From: Octopus bimaculoides | Taxonomy: Eukaryota | Reading direction: 5' to 3' | Assembly: GCF_001194135.2 (NCBI RefSeq) | Contig: NC_068981.1 | Span: 149,971,398-150,035,397 of the forward strand | Length of the DNA stretch: 64,000 bases | In this document: piece after piece, positions 1 through 13,601 of the stretch | How positions within the stretch are numbered: the stretch's first letter is position 1 | How the letters are laid out: the number at the start of each line of letters is the position of its first letter | Made by a program: the position numbers and the translations under genes | The notes under the pieces: model-generated | What the model saw: only the letters and a program-made list of their open reading frames with translations | Database searches by the model: none | Told to the model about the DNA's origin: nothing

Positions 1-1240
1 GGGGGTGCTACGTATTCTGAATTCTGCATTATTTGCAATGAATGCTTTGCATTTTGCATTAATGCAGACATGTAAGTAATTCATTTATTGTTAAATATGA
101 TAATACGAGTTATTTGCATGCGTTTAATTTACGAGACAATTTGTTGTGATATTAGTATTTTTCTTGTTAATAAAATTCATTAAAATATTTCTCTCACATT
201 TTTGACTTTATACACTTTTTATCCTTTTCTCTTGTATATCACGATATATCCTGTATGGCTTGTACAATGATGCATTAAGGTTCTCTTCTTTTTTTATTAG
301 CCCAACTGGACTACTTGAATCCATATATTCTGACTTAAATACATATAGATTATGTTTTTTTAAATTCTTACACCAGTACGACGACCACTGACAAATTATC
401 CTAGCCTACATTTTAAAGACTATCACTGTTAGCAATTCCCGTTGGTGAAATTTAAACTCAATGACATCTTCCTCAACATCGTTAGGCACTCGTCTGCAAG
501 CGAAGGCAGGATCTTCGGCTTAGCAAGAGAGACATTTAAACAAAGAGTAGGGGTGTCAAACTTCTGTATACATATAATAATGCAGTAAAGGACATTATTT
601 ATTTATTATTTGTGATATAAAGACAATTTTAATTAAACAAATTTTTAAAACAGAATGTGCGTGTTTGAACACCCACATGGAAATAAATGAATCTGGTAAT
701 ATATCTAATTACTCATTTTCCTGGACTTGTAAATAATTGGAAAGATCTGTTTATTTCCTAATCTTCTTAGGTATTTATCACGAAATAAATACCTTCTTTC
801 TATTGGCGGATTTATTAGATTATAACTGTTTCTAGTGTATAGAACTTAAGCCTCAGTTAAGCAACTCTTTCTAATTAACATACCAGTTGGTCATTGGTAA
901 TGTAGATATAGTGAGAGTAGTGATCCACACATATTCTTTTAAGATAATTTAAAATAGAACAAGGCTTTCTTTTGAATGAGCATAAAATTCTAACATTGCT
1001 AAAAAAGTAAATAAATGGTTAAAATGGGAAGTTTATCTTTCAGTAGAGAGAAAGAAAAAATGGGATCGATATCGATATGTTCTGCATCTAAATTTTGTTG
1101 ATCTTTATCAAAGAAATATTACCCATCTGTCCACGGAGAGATTTGTAGCTTAGATTTATGAAGTCTGCAAAAGCAATAAAAACAAACACAGCTAAAATGA
1201 TTAGAATATATATGTATGTATGTTATACTTGTGTGTATGC

Positions 1241-1244
<4 letters not shown>

Positions 1245-1286
<42 letters not shown>

Positions 1287-1758
1287 ATCCCATATTCATC
1301 ATACCCTACACAATCATTTTTGCACACACAGAACACAAACACACACACACGCACGCGTGCGCACATGCATACGTGTATATTTGTGTTTGTGTAAGTCTTT
1401 GTGGATGTATGTTTCTGTTTTTGTTCCTGTCAGCATTAAATCCTTTTCTTTCTTTTACTTGATTCTGTCTTTGGATTGTAGCCATGCTGGAAAAATGCCT
1501 TCGAGGGTCTGAGTCAATCAAATAGACGCGCATATTTATCTTACATTTGGCACTTATTCCATCTGACACTTCTCACTGAACTGCTAGACGTTCGGTTCGC
1601 AACCACGCTCCCATAATACGGTTCTTCGAGCAAGAAATTTCTGTAATAGTTCCGAGTAATACCTTTAAATTGAATCTGAGAAACGAAATCTGTGTGAAAG
1701 ACCACCGTAAAATATATGCGTGAAAATATGAGCATACACACACACACACGCTCGCACG

Positions 1759-1821
<63 letters not shown>
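1245..1821. repeat. (GT)n and (CA)n microsatellites
   Basis: (GT)n at about 1245-1285 and (CA)n at about 1736-1821, seen directly. Confidence 0.95.
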
Positions 1822-1823
<2 letters not shown>

Positions 1824-2439
1824 ATTTATTTTTGTTTAAATGTGTAGGAGTATATTTACCGCCAGAACTTTTGAATTGTGGAGTTAAAATCAAAATCCTT
1901 TTCCTGACTGCATCGTATTCAAGGATTTTCGATGTTTTTACTGTTGACGTCCGTATTAAAGCTTTTGGGACAGATATTAGACATGAATGTTAGGTGGGTG
2001 TGTTTATGCATGCGTGTGAGAGTATGTTGTTAGTCTGTAGATCAATCTGTGCCTGTTTGATTCTGTAGTTTGTTCTGAGTGTTTGTAGTAGGAATGTTAT
2101 TGCTGAAAGTTGATCAGTGTCCAAGTTTAAAATGATAAGAGAGAGTGATGTAGGGATAGATATCATATGAAATGTAAATATGTGTTGATACTTATGTGAG
2201 TTTGTGCACGTTTTTTTGTTTCTGCTTCTTAGAGTATATGTTCGATAATACATACATACACTCTCAACTATCTGACTGTTCATGCTTGCAATAAGAGTGC
2301 GTTTGAGTATTGTGCACACGCTTTGTATTCCTGCAAGTGTGGGTAATTCTCGTGTTTGGAATGGCCATTTGAAGAAATTTAACCCAATATATCCAGACAC
2401 TGCACATGTGTGTGTTCACAGACACACACACACACATAC

Positions 2440-2491
<52 letters not shown>

Positions 2492-2504
2492 TTATATATA
2501 TATT

Positions 2505-2535
<31 letters not shown>

Positions 2536-5500
2536 NNNNNNNNNNNNNNNNNNNNNNNNNNNNNNNNNNNNNNNNNNNNNNNNNNNNNNNNNNNNNNNNN
2601 NNNNNNNNNNNNNNNNNNNNNNNNNNNNNNNNNNNNNNNNNNNNNNNNNNNNNNNNNNNNNNNNNNNNNNNNNNNNNNNNNNNNNNNNNNNNNNNNNNNN
2701 NNNNNNNNNNNNNNNNNNNNNNNNNNNNNNNNNNNNNNNNNNNNNNNNNNNNNNNNNNNNNNNNNNNNNNNNNNNNNNNNNNNNNNNNNNNNNNNNNNNN
2801 NNNNNNNNNNNNNNNNNNNNNNNNNNNNNNNNNNNNNNNNNNNNNNNNNNNNNNNNNNNNNNNNNNNNNNNNNNNNNNNNNNNNNNNNNNNNNNNNNNNN
2901 NNNNNNNNNNNNNNNNNNNNNNNNNNNNNNNNNNNNNNNNNNNNNNNNNNNNNNNNNNNNNNNNNNNNNNNNNNNNNNNNNNNNNNNNNNNNNNNNNNNN
3001 NNNNNNNNNNNNNNNNNNNNNNNNNNNNNNNNNNNNNNNNNNNNNNNNNNNNNNNNNNNNNNNNNNNNNNNNNNNNNNNNNNNNNNNNNNNNNNNNNNNN
3101 NNNNNNNNNNNNNNNNNNNNNNNNNNNNNNNNNNNNNNNNNNNNNNNNNNNNNNNNNNNNNNNNNNNNNNNNNNNNNNNNNNNNNNNNNNNNNNNNNNNN
3201 NNNNNNNNNNNNNNNNNNNNNNNNNNNNNNNNNNNNNNNNNNNNNNNNNNNNNNNNNNNNNNNNNNNNNNNNNNNNNNNNNNNNNNNNNNNNNNNNNNNN
3301 NNNNNNNNNNNNNNNNNNNNNNNNNNNNNNNNNNNNNATATTAGTTACATACCAACTGCCTAATATAGTTTGGCAGATAATGGATTTACTATTCCCTGAA
3401 AGTATGGTATATAATGTAAACGTAAACTAGCGCATCAACTGCTTTTTATCTATCGACACAAAGATTCATTCGATTGCTTAACTGGCTGAAACTTCGAAGT
3501 CACTTTCCATATTTCTCTTGTTAAAGACTACTGTTAAATAATATATATATATGTGTTTTTGTATACATTCGCTGCTTTCTTCCAAGGAATCTAATGCTCT
3601 TAGTTTAGTTTTTCCTTAGGGCTGGCCAGATTGGAGCAATATTGAGTATAACCAGCTGAAATTGTAAAGATAATCTGGATCTCGATTAATGAAAGAAAAC
3701 CCTGAATGACCTGTCCTTGCTTTCCTTGTATCGTCAATCTGGATGTTTTGCGTTCTTGTCCTATTTTCCATTATTTTTATATATATATATAGCTCAAAAC
3801 TTACTGTGTAAAGATAACGTGTGCGTTTGATCGTGTGATACAAAGAATATATGAGTATATGCATATATATGTACATGTATGTACACAGCCTTTTTGTTTG
3901 TTTATTTCACCGTTTCGTTTTCCTGTCTTGTTNNNNNNNNNNNNNNNNNNNNNNNNNNNNNNNNNNNNNNNNNNNNNNNNNNNNNNNNNNNNNNNNNNNN
4001 NNNNNNNNNNNNNNNNNNNNNNNNNNNNNNNNATATATATATATATATATATATACATATATATATAAATACACATGTATACATATTTATATACAGTTAT
4101 GTATATTATACACACACATGTGTGTGTGTGTGTGTGTGTGTGTTTATGCATAGGCTTTCACGTGTGTGACTGTAGAATTGGAGCACATTATTTTTTAAAG
4201 ATGTTCTATTAATGACAACACTATACACAGATTTGATATTTGCATAAAGAATGTTTCATATTTCTTTGTTCGTTCTTCATGTTCAATTTGGGACACGAGC
4301 TTTCCTAAATCAATTAATCCATTAAGTTTTAGATTCTATATCAGTCCTATACTCAGAATAATAATGGTGCGCATTGGTGCTTTGATGCAATATGCGTTAG
4401 GTGATGTTACTAAATAGTCAACGCAAAATTTGTTTTTTGAACGGTTAGATCCAAGTGTGTTACTTTCCTGTATTCAGATTTGACTGATAATTTTTGTACT
4501 AACATATGTGTGTATCTGTGATTGTAAATACACACTCACACATGTAAACACACACACACATATATATAGTTATAACCATCTCGTATATCGTGGGATTCTA
4601 TAAAGAAGAGTATTATTGACAAGTATAGATCGTTTTCTAATGATTAACTGCCACTGTATTGTATTGCAACAACTCTTCCTTAAAATTGCATGGGCAAAAT
4701 ACAGGAGATTGTTGTACTTCTATGACCAATGTAGGACTTCACAACTTTCATGTTGCAACTATATATTACTTCAGTACGTTGAAATACGAACTTTGTCTTT
4801 GTTTTGTGTATTCTATAAATAGGTAGCTTTTTTTTCCAATGAATGTTTTTAGTAGAATATTATAAGTTTTGTTCAGTTTTATGAATTTTATTTATTTATT
4901 GTGTGATCAGTCATTCTGTAACCTGGCTTTCATTAGGTTATTACAGTATAATATATATACCGTGTGTGTATGTTTATTATGGGGGCTGGATCTGATATAT
5001 CAGACTTAAACCCACACAAAGAAAATTTAATTTGTATTTTTTATTGGCTTCGTTTACAAATGTTTCGAGTTACTCGTTGTTATCTAATATTTCTTTCAGA
5101 TATAGCATTTCTGTATTTAGTGCTTCTTTAGTTGAATATTGAAGTAAGCATTGATTTTGGAAGTTGCAGGTATAAGTTTTGGGGTGAAAGCCTACTTATG
5201 TGAATGCTATAAATACGTACTTACATACACACACGCGTATAAGTTTAAACGTGAAGTGCACTAGCATATTCAGACGGTGTATAGGTGTGCTTGCTTAATG
5301 TAGCATGACAATATGTCTGCGTGGTGTATCTATGTTTGTGAGCATGTATACAGGTATGTATGCATTGCATGTCAGAAGAAGAGATATAAAAACACTCTCG
5401 ACATTTAGGAGTATGGAGGTTGAGTTAGTGTGACTAACGGAAGGATCGATGTTTGTTGAAGCTTGCAGGTTAAGATGATTTAAAGCGAAAAATGTGTCAT

Positions 5501-6280
5501 TATTCTTTGTGCATCGATAGTTGATATACAGTGTAAAACGACACGGAGATTGGAGACTGTGAGACGTTGAACAGAAATTTGGGGGTGTTGTGTGTCGTTA
5601 AGTCAATATTCAAGATGATATTTTGTAAATTAGTCGTCCGCCAATCTACGAAATATTATTCAAACATACAGCATAGCAGCATACATCGACTGGTTTCTGT
5701 GTGCTAGTACGTCTACTGCCCGATCATTTCGGCCTGCACAGCCACTCCGAGGATGCGCTTAGCCAAGTTTTTCAAACAGGCGTAATGTTTACTGGGAAGT
5801 TAGACTGCTTTGAGCAAACCTTCTAATCACTCTGATTTCTAGCTTGCATACAAAAACAATGTAAGAAAAACGGATGTAGAAATTGTCAGTTATAGAGAAG
5901 TTACGCAAATCAGAACTCAAACTGCAAAAGGAGACTCGATATACTGCAAAATATCTCGAACAAAACTGACAGGGTCCTTGTATAGAAACAATGAAAGCAC
6001 TCCAATTAAGCTCAGATCTACAAACAAATTCACTGGGGACGTGATAGTGAACAGTGACAACAGCGAAAGAACAAATACTCAATAGATATTAGCATGAAAT
6101 ATCCTACTCTTGGCAGCCCCATCGGATATCATGATTTTGTTTTTACCACAATTGTATTGTTACTTCATCTGAGAGTGTTAACAGCAGTTAAAAACAAATT
6201 CCATGGGAAACTAAAGGAAATATATAGGTCTAAAAGGCATATAGAACGAAAATTATAAAAACACATATGAAACTAAGAAT

Positions 6281-6489
6281 ATTCTTTTCTACTCTAGGCC
6301 CGAAATTATTGGGGAGGGGGCCAGTCGATTAGATCGATCCAGTACGCAACTGGGATTTAATTTCTTGAACCTGAAAGTATGAAAGCCAAAGTCGACCTCG
6401 GCGGAATTTGAACTCACAGCGTAAAGACAGACGAAATAACGCTAAGCATTTCGCCCGGCGAGCTAACGTTTCTGCCAGCTCGCCGCCTT
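6281..6489 (-). mobile_element. tRNA-derived SINE, family A (near full length)
   Basis: Minus strand reads AAGGCGGCGAGCTGGCAGAAACGTTAGC (A-box-like) ... GAGTTCAAATTCC (B-box) GCCGAGGTCGACTTTGGCTTTCATAC ... CCTAGAGTAGAAAAGAAT; the same consensus recurs many times in the window. Confidence 0.9.
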
Positions 6490-7069
6490 TTGAAACTAAA
6501 AATATTAAAACAAAAATAAAAAGCATAAAATTTATACAACACAATTGAATGAAAGAACTTCGTGCTCCATTTAACCAAAGTGCAATAGAGTACCATATCA
6601 CCCACCAAACATGGTAACTAAAGCCCTAAAGTGAAGAGAAAAAAAGAGTTAGTTGTGACAACTAACGTGACTAAAAGGATGGGAGTGATGTCCGTAGCCA
6701 TGGAAAAGCGTATAAGTCAGAACAAATGTTTGAAAAAAACGAACAAGTATCACGTCGAGGGAGAGATCTGATAGCACTGAACAAATAAACACGAAGGCAA
6801 ACATAACACTGACAATTTCACTCGCATCTCTACTATGTACCTAAAGCTATCCGCAAATAAGTAAATAATATTATTAAAAGTGGACATATGCTCTATCTAT
6901 TATATATAATTATTATTTCATACTAAAATGCAATTCTGTTTACCACGATTTCTAAGCTCGAGTTCACTGCTCACTTGCCAGTTTCAAATAACAGTTAGTT
7001 ACTTCAAAATATTACTTAAACCTAGGTTGCGATGAAAGAAAAGGCTTAATCAGCAATTCCTTAGGGTTT

Positions 7070-7112
<43 letters not shown>

Positions 7113-7126
7113 NNNNNNNNNNNNNN

Positions 7127-7217
<91 letters not shown>

Positions 7218-7709
7218 ATGTATATACTGGTATTACAAATGCATTTGTTGTACTAGTATTAATACCAATGACTGGAATTCTTGATTGGTATATAGAAGAA
7301 ATGCCTTCTATAGATATAATATCTGCATGATCCTGACATTAACCTCGAGCCGCCATGGATTCAGTGATATTGACAGTCTCAATTTCAGAAGAAAATGGAA
7401 AAGAAGAGGCGTAAGTGTAGGCAAAGCCTTTGAGGTTCATACAATATTACTCGGACATTACCAGCTGAACAACAGCAACATCATTAAACATATCAACTGT
7501 TCAAATTGACCAGCCTCTTCGAGATTGACAGTGTTAATTTCCTGATGATTATCTATGCGAATTCTATAATCGCAGGAATAGTGTGCCTGAAACAAGACTT
7601 AAAGGAGAATCACTGTCTAGAGAAACAGTTATACATGAATATGTTTCTCATAACCTTTATAACGATGATAATATTGGTTTCAAATTTTGGAACACGGACA
7701 GCAATTCCA

Positions 7710-7996
7710 GGGTTGAGGGTATGTCGATTTTATCGACACCAGTGATCAACTGGTACTGATTTTATCGACACCAGTGATCAACTGGTACTGATTTTATCGA
7801 NNNNNNNNNNTTTTATCGACACCAGTGATCAACTGGTACTGATTTTATCGACACCAGTGATCAACTGGTACTGATTTTATCGACCTCGAAAGGGAAAGTC
7901 GACCTCGGTGGAATTTTAACTCAAAACGTAAATACGGACGAAATGCCTCTAAGCATTTTGCCAAGCGTACTGATAATTCCCTCAGCTAAACCCCTT
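7710..7996 (-). mobile_element. SINE family A copy with an internal 32-bp tandem expansion
   Basis: GTCGACCTCGGTGGAATTTTAACTCAAAACGTAAATACGGACGAAATG is the reverse complement of the family A head. Confidence 0.85.
7727..7884. repeat. Tandem array of the 32-bp unit ATTTTATCGACACCAGTGATCAACTGGTACTG
   Basis: Identical copies at 7727, 7759, about 7810 and 7842, plus partial copies; a 10-N gap lies inside the array. Confidence 0.95.
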
Positions 7997-8026
7997 AAGG
8001 ACGATGATTATATTATTATTATTATT

Positions 8027-8236
8027 AAGGTGGCAAGCTGGCAGAATTGTTAGCACGTCAGCCAAATTCTTAGCATTTCGTCCGTCTTTCAGTTAAAATT
8101 ATAGCGTGGGTCGAGACGTTGCCGTTATCTTTTCGGGGTCGATAAAACAGATACCAGTCGAGCACTGATTCGATTAAATGGACTATCCCCATCCTGGAAA
8201 ATTTCAGGTCTCGTGCCTAGAGTAGAAAAGAATATT
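8027..8236 (+). mobile_element. SINE family A
   Basis: AAGGTGGCAAGCTGGCAGAATTGTTAGCAC ... CTTTTCGGGGTCGATAAAACAGATACCAGT ... GTGCCTAGAGTAGAAAAGAAT. Confidence 0.85.
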
Positions 8237-8597
8237 AATATGAAGTGTAACGTTAACATGGAAATAACTTCTGGAGTGAGTGCGCTGATTCAGGTCACTA
8301 TTAAAAATCGATGTTATTGCAATCCAAGAAAAGTAATAAATACTAAATAAGTAACGAACCAAAGAGATAGTGAACCTTTAAAACACCATGACGCTATTGA
8401 AAATGACGATTACATCAAACAACACTGGAAAGACTTCACGCATGATATCAGCAGCTTCACCAAACATATCATCTGCGTAATATCTCCCTTTTTGACATAA
8501 TGTTACTAACAAAAAGTATAAATTTATCGGTAAGAAGAATAAATACAGGCAATGTTCTAGTGCAAACATAGCAGGCATTAAACAGTTATTAGAGAGA

Positions 8598-8830
8598 GAG
8601 GCGTGACTGTATGGGAAGAAGCTTGCTTCTCAACCACATTTCGCGGTTGAGTCCCACAGCCTGGGCAAGTGACTTTTACTCTTGCCTGAGGCCGACCAAA
8701 TCTTTGTGAGTGAATTTATTAGATCAAAACTGTAAGAAGTCCGTCATATGTGTATGTTTGTGTGTGTGTCCTTGTTTCTCTGTTTATCCTCCGCTACTGC
8801 TTGTTGAGTTTACGTCCCTCTAACTTGGTA
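8598..8830 (+). mobile_element. tRNA-derived SINE, family B (diverged)
   Basis: GGCGTGACTGTATGGGAAGAAGCTTGCTTCTCAACCACAT ... CTGGGCAAGTG ... GGCCGACCAAA ... AAACTGTAAGAAGTCCGTC; aligns with the copies at 18541, 36022 and 36691. Confidence 0.8.
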
Positions 8831-11800
8831 AAAATGTATAAGTGTAAAAATGGCTGGATTAGAGTAGAATGCATGAATGTATGAATGAATGTTTGAAAGC
8901 TTTTCGGATGAACAAACAATCGAGCAAATGAATGCCACAAAACAACGAAAGCTATATGTCATTGGACAAACGAGTGAATGCATAAATAGGAAGAATGACT
9001 AATTGACAGTTGCGCTAGTGAACTGAATGAGTAAATGAACGGTTGCTTGAATAAATAGCATAGCACAGTATGTACAAAAAGAATGTAGTTAACCATCTGC
9101 TATGAAGCCACAGGTTTACTATTAACGTATGTAATATATGCATAGGTGTAGACTTACAGATATTCAGCTTGTCGAACTTTGGTTAACTATTAATAATGAT
9201 TATTTGCTAACATAGTACATTTACATTGAAACATGAACGTTATTGCACTCACACACATAAACACTTAACACACATTTAAGCATGCACACACAGACTTACC
9301 TATACAAATAAATTTTTTAAAATATCTTTCAAAACATGAGATGTATGTTTTTGTGGCTCGTTTCCTTGCGTGCATTTGTTTATTAGTATGCATCGTGTGT
9401 AGGATTTTTCTCGATCATTGCTGGCTTTCGTGATAACAAACGTGGTTTGTTTATTTATTGCATTACTAATTTAAATCTAAGGTAATAGAGCATATTTTCT
9501 ATCACATATGAAATTAATTCGTTTAAATAATATGCTTAATATTTTTTAAACAGGCCAAACTAACTACTTATTCACTTCGCTACAAAGAAAAGTCGAGTTG
9601 GCTGGTACTTACATTAAAAAAAATACTTATTTTTATGCGTACGTGTTCCTGATAACTCTGCTCTTTAGTAAAAAAGATGCTTTCGTGAAGCTTTCTTATA
9701 AGATTTGCGCCCAAAGGAAAGTCGCATGTTTTTTCTTCCAGCCTCTCTTTCGGTATGGTTGTACCTCATCGAGAATCGGCTGCATAATTTTCAATCAATG
9801 AAGACTTGCTTCACGTATGAATCATGCGGAATCTCATAAGTTCACTAATACTTTACAAACCAAATTTAAATGTGACATGAATCATTTTATGAGTCCCGAA
9901 AAACTTAAATTTTCTGATAAATCTAAGTAATAAAACAACAAAACTATCTATCACTATTTTTTATGCAAATATTTTCCAAACTTAAATGACAAATATAAAT
10001 ACTTAAAATAGTGTAAATTTTTAGTGTAAAAATATGTTTCAGAAAGTTGCAGTCCATCTAAACTCGAAGCTTATCATACGCTTAATAACCATTCAGAGCA
10101 TTTTGCCTCAAATCCTGAGTGTAAATAAGTTGTGCACAAAATGGAGATGGGGTTAATTACGAAGAATATTTTACATAAAATTAATTATAATGTTAGAAAA
10201 ACAACCAGCCTCTAGGAATGGAATAACAGCAGAACAATGATTAATTCATACAATTGTATTAATATTCAGTGCAGCTCTTGGATCATCCGACTCAACCTTA
10301 CTGAAACTTATTCTTGTAGAAATTTATTTTACTCATTACTGCCCGATATTTTGCTAGAGTACATAATAACAAAGAAAGTAGTCACAAAGTTTTCAATTTT
10401 CACCTAGGAAAGTTTCTGTCTGGTCTCGGTCCTGTGTTAACATAACAAATCCCACGAGTTTGTTCTTTGTCATTATGGAACCGTGCGATTATAGAGAGAT
10501 ATGTGATCTCATCGAACAATATATATATGCCGTACTAAATTAGAAATAAATTTCATACACACAAATGGTTGTTTCTTTGATAACTCACTATCATCATTAA
10601 AGAGAAGACTTTATTAACACCCTTAAATATTTCCGTTTAAAAATAATTTAAAATCAGAAATGTTTTAGATGTCACTAAATTTAATCATATATAAATACGA
10701 ATTTTAAGTTAACTAAATGAAAAATTAACATGCATTAGTAATAAATCCTACCTGCAGTCTTAGTTTTAAAATACTCATCATTAACAATATTAGGAGAATC
10801 CCCAGATGTTCATCAAAAAAAAAATGTTGATAAAGAGATTCCTTTATAAAACGCTTACAATCTACATACATAGGACTCAACTCTATAAACTTTGCGAAAT
10901 GTTATTTTTGCAAGCAAAATATTTAAAACTTTCATGCACCTCAATTCTATATCATATCTCTAACTGTGAACTATTCCCCATACACTGACATTAATATATA
11001 TCTCCCAAGGAGCTTCGTCAAGTATATCGTAATTTTCTCACACCTCCTCCAAATTGCATCTTTGTATCATGGTAAGATCGTTCCTATAAAAGCTTAGTAA
11101 AATTTTCTTGCATTATTGCAATATTATTTCTCCACATATATATATCATATATTTTTCATGACGTGTATTGGGAGTTTTACCGTATTCCACTTTCACTCAC
11201 AACTCCACCTCTTCTACCAAAAATAATAATAAGTCTTCTGGCGTACATCAACCAATCATAGCCTTCATTTATCAGTTTCATAAAAGTATGTTCCACCATA
11301 TCACCTTAATCCTTTTCGATTTCAATTTCATCCATAACCTTTCATTATTTAATTTCTTATCATATTTTGTTTTTGATTTCATAAGTAAATTATTTGGGTT
11401 TTATTTGTTTCTTAATCTCTAATACTTTATTTCCTTGTTTTTAATCTAACATCTAATTCTATTCTCTTATCTTAACAATTTCCTATCAACCTGCTGTATA
11501 CAATATTACTAATTAAATTTTTTTTTTTCGAAAGTTCGTTTTATCCAGTTTCATTACACCCCACTACAAACGTTTCTTGCTTTCGTAATTATAGATCTCG
11601 CCCTTCTTCTTTTCTGGACATTAGTGCCACCTTCCCACTTGTTTTATAGTATGCACTCATCGAAAAGATAATAGTACCAGCAAATCATTGGGATCGATAG
11701 CATCGACTGATTACTAACTCCCAAAATTCCTGGACTTTTGCCTAAATTAGAAATTACTCTTATAACTATTACTACTGAATAAAGAAATAGCGGTTCTCTC

Positions 11801-12249
11801 CAGTTTTGATGTTCTTCTGGATTCTTTATGTTATATCTCTGATCCTTCCTTAGAGACAACATTTTCCTTAACGCATGCGATGTTTTGAGGACAGTCACTC
11901 CTTGTACACTTCCATTGATGTCTGGTAGTTCGAAATTTTTATTTGTTAGAGATGGTTTCGAGTGCACTAACAACAATGATCATCGTACTAATTCTTGAGG
12001 CACTATGAATACGCTGCACTGTGAATGCCAGGCCTTGATACTTACGGGTTTCTCATTCTCGTCTCTGTTTTCTTAGGGCGGTAACGCTATACAAATGAAA
12101 ATCCATTTCATATGAGTGTGGTATTTGACAGATTTTACTGAAGTATCTTATCGGTGCAGTTTGTCACATCCCGAGTGATTTTCAACTTGCTCATTCTCTG
12201 TGACTGGAAAGAGTTGGTGTTCATGCCACTCATAGTTACACTCTAGCTC

Positions 12250-12700
12250 GTACTTCCTACATCTTTCTTCGACTTACCTCTTCGCCTTTCTACATATTTC
12301 TTCGCCTTACCTCTTCAATCTAACTCAAGTTATTTTTCTATGTATCCATATTACATCCGATTCCGTTTTACAAAAATTGAATATTGCTTCTCTTTCTTGT
12401 GTCTTCCTTCAAAATACTCATTCTTTCCGTAGTGACATATGCAGCGCCATACACAAAAACAATTCCTCTTCGTAGTAGCTTTAGTTTGAATTTTCAGAAC
12501 CTTTTCTTTTACTTCACCATCCGCCGATATCAGCTTTGCTCAACCACTTAACATCAATGATGGCAATCCTTTCTTTTCTACAAAAAACATCACCTGTAGA
12601 AGTTCTGTCATGCAAATCTGTACTGATCTCTTCTCGTGGCGTTTCAGCTAAAGGGTTATACTGTGGTTTTCTACAGCTGGCATATTTCCCTCTTCCATAT
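12250..12700 (-). pseudogene. Decayed R4/Dong-like non-LTR retrotransposon ORF fragment
   Basis: Minus strand 12457-12419 translates FVYGAAYVTTERM, preceded by ERIAIIDVKWLSKADI...KVLKIQTK and followed, with stops and frameshifts, by ...NLS*IEEVRRRN. This resembles the LIYAAAxVVTERL...WKRR...DLSRL segment upstream of the RT in R4/Dong-clade elements (recalled; not searched). Confidence 0.55.
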
Positions 12701-13373
12701 CCGAGCTATGCTGATTTCCTTGTACAACGGGTATTTCTTCTGGGACTGCAGTTCATTTCTCACTGCCTCTGTGCTTTTATCTTGTTCCACAGTTTCTAAC
12801 CAAAACTACATATTGATTTGTGTGGCTTCTTTTCATTCACAACATTCAGCTCATCTTGGTGGTAAAATTTCTCCAGGGATCTGATCATTTATTTTATAGT
12901 CTTGTTTTTCTGGCTGACTCCTGATGTAACTTTTGACCTTACTAATTTCATTTGTTGTTTGTTGTTGTTCGTCAGCAGTAGCTTGATTATGATCAGGCCT
13001 ACGAGGCAGTTTACTGGACGCCTGTTTGTCGAGTCACCTTCCCAAAAACTTCAGTCCATGTAACAACGTTAGATTTAAATCCCGTTCTTGACGTTTTTCT
13101 AACACATTAGGTGTGTGTTGTAAGTTTTCTCAATCAGTAGATTTCAACAACACAGGTGGTCATCCAAGATTCTGAGAAGCCCGTTTGTTCACATTTAAGC
13201 TGGTTATTCTGTGCTTGTCGCAACAACCAGTATTTAACCGCGCAGCAACTAAAGATAAAAGGAATAAGATAAGCGAGACAAGAGAAGGAATAGCATTGAC
13301 TAAGAACAGCCCTTTATTTTAGAGGTTATTAACTCCTAGATGTTTTTTTTGTTTTTTTTCCTAAAGAAATTCA

Positions 13374-13601
13374 GAGGCAGCAAGCTGGCAGAATTGTTAA
13401 CACGCCAGACAAAGATACTTAGCAGTATTTTTTCCGTCTTTACGTTCTGAGTTCGAATTTCACCGATGTCCAATTTGCCATTCATACTTTTGGGGCCGAT
13501 AAATTAAGTGCAGTGAAACACTGGAGTTAATATAATCGACTAGTCCCCTCCCCCAAAATTTCATTCCTTGTGTCTTTAGTAGAAAGGATTATTATTATTA
13601 T
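13374..13601 (+). mobile_element. SINE family A with (TTA)n tail
   Basis: GAGGCAGCAAGCTGGCAGAATTGTTAACAC ... GAGTTCGAATTTC ... TTTAGTAGAAAGGATTATTATTATT. Confidence 0.85.

Noticed and set aside
5842-6082. Open + frame of about 80 codons (LAYKNNVRKTDVEIV...) overlapping a minus ORF
   Set aside because: No start codon, no convincing donor and no recognisable homology.
7727-7884. CRISPR-like array of 32-bp hairpin repeats
   Set aside because: No spacers, units are contiguous and derive from a SINE, eukaryotic context, no cas genes.
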